From the NCBI GenBank assembly GCA_041686075.1, contig JAWLEO010000017.1:12256-76255 (forward strand): DNA of 64,000 nt, read 5' to 3'. The notes beneath the pieces were generated by a model. That model had not been told where the DNA came from. It made no database searches and was given only the letters and a program-made list of their open reading frames with translations. The stretch's first letter is position 1. Each line of letters begins with the position of its first letter. Source of the DNA: Bacteroidales bacterium. Its GTDB lineage: Bacteria; Bacteroidota; Bacteroidia; Bacteroidales; VadinHA17. A program made the translations under genes and the position numbers. Shown piece by piece: positions 39,097 through 46,391 of the stretch.

Positions 39097-42080
39097 TAAT
39101 ACCAGCCAGCAAAAAAGAGGATGACAACAAGCATTGCCATTAGCAAATACCTTTTAACAGGAAAATAGACCGGGGCGTCATTGCCCATTATCACCAGGGT
39201 GCTCCAGAAATATGGGTGTGACCTCATCTGATCTGCATCTTCCAGGTAGTCCATTCTTGCTTTACGCAACGATTCACTTTTTGTGAGTCCTTTCTTAAGA
39301 TTATAATAAAAATCCTTAACTATATCGCTCCCGGAGCGGTCATCCACCTCCCACAAAGACATTATCACACAAGGACTTCCGGAATAGAAAAATCCCCTGG
39401 CCAGGCTCATAACGCCCTCACCGGCCTGTAGATAACCGGTACCGGTATTACAGGAACTGAGAAAAACCATTTTAGCTTTAATAGGTATGTTGTAAACCTC
39501 ATAGGTATTAAGCATTCCATCTTCAAGGGTATCGTTTTCCATGTTGAAGAACATCTTAGAGTACATAGGTTCATTATCGTTCAACCGTGTGTGCATGGCA
39601 AGGTGGATCAGGTCTCCTTCGAGTACCTTTGATTTAAAAACGCTTTCAGTGGCCTTATCATCAATATACAGTTTCCCTCCAAGCAGTTTATTTATATATA
39701 TTGCTTCCTCCCTTGCTCCAGGTATATTGGCCAGGCTGTCACGGTAATATTGCCTACTTTCCATAAGTTCTTCAATATCTAAACTCCCGCTATAGTCCGG
39801 GGCGAAAGTCAGCACATTGTTAGATGCACTGCGGCGGGACGATAATGCTTCAGACAGTAATGTACCGGAGTATTCATATATTATCTCGAAATCCTTGATG
39901 AGATAAGTCAAATGACGGTAATTTACTTCCTTATACCCGGGCATTTCGCTTATCAGTGTTTCAAAGGGTATATAAGAAAGCAGATCATCTGCAGATATTA
40001 TTAACCTATCGGAGTTCAAGTAATCCCGGACAGGGAGTAACAGCTTTTTATACAGATTGAAAGCCAGCTCAACATACTCCCTGTACTGTTCGCCTGCACC
40101 ACTTACTATTGCCGGCCCGGTCAGAATATCTCTGAAAGTAAGGATCATTTCCCTGAATTCATCACCCACGGGCACCGATTTAATCTTAAAACAGTCTTTG
40201 TTTATAAGAAATATATATAAAATACTGTCAGACAGGTAGTATTCAATGAAGTTGCTATTGCTGGTAATACTGTTTCGTATATCATCTACAGTGCTTACCG
40301 ATGTATTATATTTCAAGTTATAATACCTTGGGTACTCCTTTTCAAAAACACCTACAAGGGAATCATATTTTGCAGATGCCAGCGCGCTCAAAATATGGTA
40401 ACGGTCAATAAGTTCCCTATCCGGTTTTATTTTTGCTGATTCATTGTATATAACCTCGTTGTAGTCTCTTATATCACCAATCAGTGCCCTTTCAATTGCG
40501 GCTAGATCGGGCGGGAGGTGGAAATTCATTGCCCTGATATTCCTTGTTGCAGTTAGGAGGCCGGCAGCTTTTGACTTTTCTGAAATTGCAAAAGCCCGGT
40601 CAAGGTACTTTTCTTCACCGGTAAGATTGAACAGCTCATTTAATATGGACAATGTCATATCATAAGCATTGATATACCGTCCTGACAACATGCTCCTGCT
40701 ATCGTCCTGCTGTATCCTGAGCCTGGTGCTTTCAATATTTTCTATAGCTTGCTCAGCTGCGTTTAAAGCACCTTTGAGATTCTGTATGTCATGTCCCACC
40801 CTGTATGTTTGATATAATATCCTGCTTTTGTGCATGAATGATGCCGTCCTGATCTTTGATGACAGCACCAGGGAATCATTAATTATATCATTGATATATC
40901 TTAAAGCTTCTGCATATCTGCCGGTATTATACATCAATCGTGATAAATACAGGGTGGCCTCACTTTTAACTTTGTTATCCTGCGGATTACCGGACATATA
41001 TGATTTAATAATGCCTGACATATCCCCTGCCCTATCATAATCCTTTCTGTAATACATCAGAAAGTCACAAAAAGTCAGTAACTGCACAATGTAATCTCTA
41101 CTCCCTTCTCCATATTCATTTTCAGCTTCTTCGACTGCTAATAATAAATAATCTTCTGCCTTATCCAGCATTTCTATTTCAGCCAGTAAATAGGCATAAT
41201 TCTCATATACCGAATTAAGAGTCCTTCCCCTGAATCCTTTTGAATCAATTAATTTCAACGCTTCCCGGAAAAAATAATCTGCCCGGTCCAGGTTTTCAAG
41301 CTCATAATTACACACAGCCAATGAATTATATAAGAGTAAAAGCTTGGTGGGATCGAGGCCTACGCTTTCCCCGGCAAGGGAATATGCAATTTCAAAGTTT
41401 CTATTTGCCCTGTTATAATCAAGGTTATTGATATATGACACTCCGGAATTATAATATAGATCAGCCAGCATCCCTCTCGCAATTTCATCTGGCTCCCTTT
41501 CCACAATCTGTATACCCCTGAGTGATGTTGATAAGGCACGTTCATACATGTTTAAATCAATATACAAAGCCGAAAGATTGAGTAAGGTTCTTAAGAGAAA
41601 GGGTGAAGCCATTCCAAAAAGTTTTTCCCTGGTGGAAAGAGCTATTTCGAGATTTACACGAGCCTCCTCAGGCCTGCCTGTATACATGTACGAAAGAGCC
41701 AAATTGCTTCGAGCCCTTGCATAAATATCATCAATACTATCTGAAGCAATCCTGTATCTTATAGACTGGACCAGCATTTCAATTGCCTCATTGTATGAAT
41801 TCTTTAAATAATTATATGTTCCGGCATAGTAATAACAATCCGATATAAGAATGCTATCGTTGACGAGGCCAGAGTCAAGGCAGGTGCGTATCCATTCATA
41901 ATATTCCCCTGCTTCCGGACTGCTTTTCAGCATTGCTGATTTGAAATTATCGAGTTTTATTATTATTAGGGTATCTCGCCTGGCTCCATGATAAATATTA
42001 CTGGCTGTTGATTTTATGCCCGAATTGAAACAAAAGACAGCACTAATCAGTATGACAGTATATCTGAATAAATCTTTCAT
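39075..42080 (-). CDS. TPR-repeat CHAT-domain (caspase-like) protein with N-terminal signal/anchor and C-terminal TM helix
   Basis: Long array of TPR-like repeats. The C-terminal CHAT core has LIHLAMHT (His) and VFLSSCNTGTG (Cys) and ends HPYFWSTLVIMGN. The C-terminal TM is YLLMAMLVVILFFAGWYYY. The N-terminus is MKDLFRYTVILISAVFCF. Confidence 0.8.
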   Translation of the reverse strand: MKDLFRYTVILISAVFCFNSGIKSTASNIYHGARRDTLIIIKLDNFKSAMLKSSPEAGEYYEWIRTCLDSGLVNDSILISDCYYYAGTYNYLKNSYNEAIEMLVQSIRYRIASDSIDDIYARARSNLALSYMYTGRPEEARVNLEIALSTREKLFGMASPFLLRTLLNLSALYIDLNMYERALSTSLRGIQIVEREPDEIARGMLADLYYNSGVSYINNLDYNRANRNFEIAYSLAGESVGLDPTKLLLLYNSLAVCNYELENLDRADYFFREALKLIDSKGFRGRTLNSVYENYAYLLAEIEMLDKAEDYLLLAVEEAENEYGEGSRDYIVQLLTFCDFLMYYRKDYDRAGDMSGIIKSYMSGNPQDNKVKSEATLYLSRLMYNTGRYAEALRYINDIINDSLVLSSKIRTASFMHKSRILYQTYRVGHDIQNLKGALNAAEQAIENIESTRLRIQQDDSRSMLSGRYINAYDMTLSILNELFNLTGEEKYLDRAFAISEKSKAAGLLTATRNIRAMNFHLPPDLAAIERALIGDIRDYNEVIYNESAKIKPDRELIDRYHILSALASAKYDSLVGVFEKEYPRYYNLKYNTSVSTVDDIRNSITSNSNFIEYYLSDSILYIFLINKDCFKIKSVPVGDEFREMILTFRDILTGPAIVSGAGEQYREYVELAFNLYKKLLLPVRDYLNSDRLIISADDLLSYIPFETLISEMPGYKEVNYRHLTYLIKDFEIIYEYSGTLLSEALSSRRSASNNVLTFAPDYSGSLDIEELMESRQYYRDSLANIPGAREEAIYINKLLGGKLYIDDKATESVFKSKVLEGDLIHLAMHTRLNDNEPMYSKMFFNMENDTLEDGMLNTYEVYNIPIKAKMVFLSSCNTGTGYLQAGEGVMSLARGFFYSGSPCVIMSLWEVDDRSGSDIVKDFYYNLKKGLTKSESLRKARMDYLEDADQMRSHPYFWSTLVIMGNDAPVYFPVKRYLLMAMLVVILFFAGWYYYKSRSV

Positions 42081-42304
42081 ATAAAAAGTTATATGCTAAA
42101 AGCTATCAAATATCAAAATAAGAACTCAAAAAGCCAAAAAAATACCTCAATCTATTTAACTGTATATCTGCCTTTTACGAACCATCTCAAAAAAATGTTC
42201 ACTTTTTTATGTCACAAAACGGTTAAATACGACATGTATATATGTAACGTAATTAGATAACCCGATTAATTTAAAAAAGTGTAACCAACAAAAAATTTAG
42301 AAAA

Positions 42305-42445
42305 ATGAAAACACTGAATCAGGAAAATTTTGAGAATTTCAAAGACTTTTTACTTTCAGACGAAGAAATGATTCTTGTTCGAGGTGGTGACGATGATGGC
42401 GACAGAGGAATGACAGTACCTCCTATCACAGAACCTGAAATCTAA
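42305..42445 (+). CDS. Double-glycine-leader precursor peptide (46 aa; predicted 18-aa acidic mature peptide)
   Basis: Not in the ORF track (below its size cutoff). My translation is MKTLNQENFENFKDFLLSDEEMILVRGG|DDDGDRGMTVPPITEPEI*. Positions -12 to -1 (LSDEEMILVRGG) fit the LSxxELxxIxGG leader consensus. A C39 ABC exporter lies 3.9 kb away. Confidence 0.65.
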   Translation: MKTLNQENFENFKDFLLSDEEMILVRGGDDDGDRGMTVPPITEPEI

Positions 42446-42671
42446 ACACAGGATCAAAGCCAGCTTATTAAAGGAAATACGGCGATCTGTAAAATATTGT
42501 AACCGCAACATTTCGGTTAGAGCTAAATAAAGCATAGCCGGAAAGGTAAGGATATGGCATAAATATAAGGTGCCACAGTTACAGGGTGCATTGCATCCGG
42601 ATGGTAACGGCAGGATGTGAAAATATATATTTATCTGTCCACATTATGCTTATAATGTGATGGTTAAGATG

Positions 42672-42695
42672 GATATAAGAAATGATATAAGAAAT
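42672..42695 (+). repeat. Perfect 12-bp tandem direct repeat (gatataagaaat x2) 33-56 bp upstream of the anti-sigma-like gene
   Basis: Read directly: 42672-42683 is identical to 42684-42695. Confidence 0.8.
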
Positions 42696-42727
42696 ATTAC
42701 TAATTCGCATGAAATATTATAAAAATT

Positions 42728-43465
42728 ATGAAAAAAATTGAGTTCACCCGCTTTATCGAGAGATATCTCGAGGGCAAGATGCAAAGCTCCGAAAAAAAGT
42801 GGTTCGAGGCGGAGCTTGAGGGCAATCCAGGTTTAAAGAAAGAACTGGAATTGCGCAGGAATGTAGACAAATATGTTGACAACCAGGATGCTATAGCATT
42901 CCGACAAAGCCTGATGAATGCTGAAGCCAGGCACAGAAAAGCTGCTGCCAGAAAAAGGGCTGCCACAAAGCAGATAATCCAGTACGCGGCTATATTTGCG
43001 GGCTTGATATTAATCGGCGCCGTCGGCTTTTATATTTTCAGGAATGACAACAATGGTGACATTGCAAGTACTTTTAAACCTGAGTATACTCCGCTTGCAT
43101 CATACCGTTCATCATCCGCAGAGCTGGATAAGGCATATACCAGGGCAACAGAATACTATAATTCAGGCAATTATACTGAAGCTATCAAGTGGTTTAATAT
43201 GATAGTGAACCCGGACATGCAGGTTGAATTCCTTAAAGGCTCATCCCATATGCAAATCAGTCAGTATATCGAAGCCATAGGGTCATTCACCAAGGTTGTT
43301 AAAGATAATGATAACCTCTTTATTGAAGATGCCAGGTTTTACCTGGGTGTTTGTTATATCCAAACAGGTCAGGAAAATAAGGCAAGAGAGTTGCTGGAGG
43401 ATATAATCAACTCTGAAAGCAGGCACAAGAAAGAAGCAAGAAAACTTCTAAGAAAAATCAACTAA
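42728..43465 (+). CDS. Single-pass membrane protein with periplasmic TPR domain (anti-sigma-factor-like)
   Basis: The cytoplasmic N-terminus FIERYLEGKMQSSEKKWFEAELEGNPGLKKELELRRNV is the pattern seen in Bacteroidota anti-sigma-like proteins. TM helix IIQYAAIFAGLILIGAVGFYIF. C-terminal TPRs (YNSGNYTEAIKWF, FYLGVCYIQTGQENKARELL). Confidence 0.55.
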   Translation: MKKIEFTRFIERYLEGKMQSSEKKWFEAELEGNPGLKKELELRRNVDKYVDNQDAIAFRQSLMNAEARHRKAAARKRAATKQIIQYAAIFAGLILIGAVGFYIFRNDNNGDIASTFKPEYTPLASYRSSSAELDKAYTRATEYYNSGNYTEAIKWFNMIVNPDMQVEFLKGSSHMQISQYIEAIGSFTKVVKDNDNLFIEDARFYLGVCYIQTGQENKARELLEDIINSESRHKKEARKLLRKIN

Positions 43466-43491
43466 GAGGATCTAGTTAACGCAAGGAGAAA

Positions 43492-44319
43492 ATGTTTATG
43501 ACTTTTGGAAATAATATGGAGAAAGAAAGAAGACATAGTGAGAATGATAAGTCAGAAAATATAAATCCTGTACATAATACCGATATGCTGAATACTCCTT
43601 CCATATTAACCGGCTTATCTCACGAAGTGCGAACTTACATGAACTCAATAGTAGCATTTACCTTCCTGAGCAATAATGATAACTGTACGGCAGAACAAAG
43701 GAATGAGTATAATAAGCATATCATGAATTCATGCGACCAGCTAATTACATTATTTGATAATTTTCTTGATTCAGCTTTAATTGATTCCGATGAACCCAGG
43801 ACAACCATCACCAGATGCGAGCTTCGGTCTTTCATGAAAGACCTTCTGAGTGATTTAAAAAATTCAATCAGCAGGTTCGACAAGAAAAAGGTTACACTGC
43901 TGCTGGATGAACGATCCGGGAATGATTCCATGTTCATTGACAGGGAGAAGATTAATCGGGTTTTGAGAAATCTCTTTTTCAATGCGCTGGAAAATACGGA
44001 ATCAGGATATATTAAAATGGGTTACAGGAAGCAAAAAAGCAAGGTTGAATTTTACGTTATTGATTCAGGCAATGCTTACACTAAGAACCGGGAACTGCTT
44101 ACCTGTGAAGACCTAACTAAATACATTGGTGAACACCAGAACACATTTACCACTGTGTCATTCTTATTTTCACAAAAACTCATTGAAAGCATGAACGGTG
44201 AATTATGGATACGGCCAAATGGTGTGGACGGGACTGCTATGTATTTCTCGGTCCCTGACCACACTAATGCTATAAAAAAGAATAAGTCTGAAAGTATTTC
44301 ATCGAGAATCGCAATCTGA
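43492..44319 (+). CDS. Soluble, sensor-less histidine kinase (HisKA + HATPase_c only)
   Basis: H-box LSHEVRTYMNSI, N-box RNLFFNALENT, G-box-like VIDSGNAY. No TM or sensor domain. No response regulator in the window. Confidence 0.6.
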   Translation: MFMTFGNNMEKERRHSENDKSENINPVHNTDMLNTPSILTGLSHEVRTYMNSIVAFTFLSNNDNCTAEQRNEYNKHIMNSCDQLITLFDNFLDSALIDSDEPRTTITRCELRSFMKDLLSDLKNSISRFDKKKVTLLLDERSGNDSMFIDREKINRVLRNLFFNALENTESGYIKMGYRKQKSKVEFYVIDSGNAYTKNRELLTCEDLTKYIGEHQNTFTTVSFLFSQKLIESMNGELWIRPNGVDGTAMYFSVPDHTNAIKKNKSESISSRIAI

Positions 44320-44368
44320 TAATCTATGGCATCCTTTCACCCACTCTAATATGTCTGCCACAATGGGT

Positions 44369-44395
44369 AAAGAGCACCTCGTGAAGGTGCTCTTT
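44369..44395. terminator. Bidirectional stem-loop terminator between convergent HK-like and OmpA-family genes
   Basis: aaagagcacc (44369-44378) pairs perfectly with ggtgctcttt (44386-44395) around a 7-nt loop. The flanks are T/A-rich. Confidence 0.65.
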
Positions 44396-44408
44396 CTCTT
44401 TATGCTTC

Positions 44409-46391
44409 TTATTTTGATATTTTCAGTATGCGTATATCGGTGCGCCTGTTTTTTCTTCTTCCTTCTTCATTGGTATTGTCATAGAGTGGAACTGCTTCAC
44501 CATAGCCTTTATAATGAAGGCGATCAGGAGATATACCGCGTTTTACGAGATAATTTTTCACAGCCAGCGCACGTTTCTCGGAGAGGACAAGGTTATGTTC
44601 ATCAGATCCTGTTGAATCAGTGTGTCCTCCTATCTCAACTACCAGGTCTTCATTGCTTGCAAGCAAATCAAAAAGTTTTTCCAGCTCGGGTAAGGATTGA
44701 TCACGCAGCTCCCATGAATCAAGGGCAAAAAATACATTATGCAGAGACATCTGTTGTCCAACCTGTATAGGGCTGAGGGAGATAGTTTTTTCAAATGGTT
44801 CAATTGAACTGTGTTCACCTTCCAGCATAAAATTCTCTGAATAGAAAAGGTAGTCTTTGCTGCTAACATTTATTCCGTAATTCTGACCTGTGGGTAAGCA
44901 TACCAGGAAATTACCTCCTGAATCGGAAAATGACTGAATCACTCGTTTACCTGTACTGAGGTTTATCAGTTCATACGTAGCTTTTAATGGCCTGCCCGTA
45001 ACTTTATCTATAACACTTCCTTTCAGGTAAGACACCGGGTCAGGCCTGAGAGATTCAGGCATTTCAAAATAGAACAGGTCCCTACCCTTCATTGTATTTA
45101 TTTTTGATGAGAAATAAGCAACTTCTCCCGAGGAATTGATTATAAGTCCTATTTCATCTGTCTGTGTGTTTATTGGATAGCCAAGGTTTTCAGGTTCTGA
45201 CCATGTACTGTCTTCTTTGTTAAATCTCGACATAAAAATATCAAAACCTCCCATACAGGGTCGACCATTAGATGAAAAATACAATGTTTTACCATCAAAG
45301 TGAATGAAAGGAGACATCTCATCACCCGGTGTATTGATCACCTCACCCAGGTTCACCGGCTCCGACCACCGGCCGTCTTTAACCTGGTTACTCACCCAGA
45401 TATCCATCCCCCCATAGCCACCAGGGCGGTTACTTACAAAGAAAAGTTTTGAGCCATCAGATGAAAGAGATGGTTGTGATTCCCAGTTAGCTGTATTTAT
45501 CGGTCCACCAATATTTATACCCTTCTTCCATCCCTTATCTGTCCTTGCTGAATAGTATATATCACAACTGCCTTTACCATCCTCCCTGTTGCATGCTGTA
45601 TAATACATATAATTACCAGCCGGTTCGAGTGTCTGAGCACCTTCATTATATGATGTATTCAACGGTGGCCCTGCATTTCTGGCAACAGTCCATTCACCGT
45701 CAATCCTGTAACTGTAATAAAAATCCTCCTGGTACTTCTTACCCATCAGGCTACTGCTTCGTATCGTATTTTGCCTGGTAAAGAGCAACATATTATCGTC
45801 TGCAGTTATCGCCGGCCAATATTCATCATCACCGGTATTAATTGATTCCCCAAGATTAACAGGATTAAAATCAACAGGACTCTTAATTGCTTCCAGCGCA
45901 AAATCACAATCCCTGATGTACTTTCTTGCTTTTTGTGCATTAATGGATTTTTGACCTGTCAGATCCAGGTATAATGAGAAACTGCTTCGTGCTCCCGAAT
46001 AATTACCGCTAAGGAATTGCACCTCCCCATATCCGAACCAGGCCGGGATAAAGAAGGTGGAATCAATAGTTAATGCCTGGCGGTAGGCATTGGCTGACTG
46101 GCGGTATTTAAGCATATCCTTTGATAGCTCAGCAAGCAACAGGTGGGCTTCAATGAATCCAGGGTCTTTCTCAACTGCATCAAGAAGATGTCGCTCAGCT
46201 TCTTTATAATTAATAAAATCGTAAGCTTGCTTACCATCGTTATATGCCTTCAGGGCTTTATTTGATTTTGTATGAAGCTCCTGCGACAACAGACAGTATG
46301 GCTGACCAATAATAATAAGCAGCAACAAAACCCTAATAAGAGTATTTAAGGTATACCCATGTATTTGTGACTTTGAATTGATATTGACCAT
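44409..46391 (-). CDS. OmpA-family protein with TPR, TolB-like beta-propeller repeats and C-terminal OmpA peptidoglycan-binding domain
   Basis: The C-terminus IGGHTDSTGSDEHNLVLSEKRALAVKNYL is the OmpA_C motif. Repeated W..P.NLG..IN motifs indicate WD40-like/TolB repeats. N-terminal TPRs. Confidence 0.8.
   Translation of the reverse strand: MVNINSKSQIHGYTLNTLIRVLLLLIIIGQPYCLLSQELHTKSNKALKAYNDGKQAYDFINYKEAERHLLDAVEKDPGFIEAHLLLAELSKDMLKYRQSANAYRQALTIDSTFFIPAWFGYGEVQFLSGNYSGARSSFSLYLDLTGQKSINAQKARKYIRDCDFALEAIKSPVDFNPVNLGESINTGDDEYWPAITADDNMLLFTRQNTIRSSSLMGKKYQEDFYYSYRIDGEWTVARNAGPPLNTSYNEGAQTLEPAGNYMYYTACNREDGKGSCDIYYSARTDKGWKKGINIGGPINTANWESQPSLSSDGSKLFFVSNRPGGYGGMDIWVSNQVKDGRWSEPVNLGEVINTPGDEMSPFIHFDGKTLYFSSNGRPCMGGFDIFMSRFNKEDSTWSEPENLGYPINTQTDEIGLIINSSGEVAYFSSKINTMKGRDLFYFEMPESLRPDPVSYLKGSVIDKVTGRPLKATYELINLSTGKRVIQSFSDSGGNFLVCLPTGQNYGINVSSKDYLFYSENFMLEGEHSSIEPFEKTISLSPIQVGQQMSLHNVFFALDSWELRDQSLPELEKLFDLLASNEDLVVEIGGHTDSTGSDEHNLVLSEKRALAVKNYLVKRGISPDRLHYKGYGEAVPLYDNTNEEGRRKNRRTDIRILKISK

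Noticed and set aside
39075-42080. TPR-CHAT protein considered as a type III-E CRISPR (Craspase-like) component
   Set aside because: There are no cas genes, no CRISPR repeats and no Csx30/RpoE-like partners of that system in the window. In addition, the signal/TM features argue for a periplasmic location, not a cytoplasmic one.
42446-42660. Additional peptide genes or a terminator after the precursor ORF
   Set aside because: Only very short ORFs are present (for example an 18-codon GTG ORF), and none has a GG leader. The taaccg/cggtta hairpin (about 42500-42519) has a 6-bp stem without a U-tract, which is too weak to call a terminator.
42700-42966. 88-aa minus-strand ORF antisense to the anti-sigma-like gene
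   Set aside because: It is a shadow of the plus-strand gene, which has a coherent TM + TPR architecture. The minus-strand product is Ala/Ser/Leu-rich and low-complexity.
44351-44770. 139-aa plus-strand ORF in the track, overlapping the 3' end of the OmpA-family gene
   Set aside because: It lies antisense to a well-supported OmpA_C domain coding region. Its sequence is low-complexity and Cys/His-rich with no motif, and it starts inside the terminator hairpin region. This is a typical shadow ORF.
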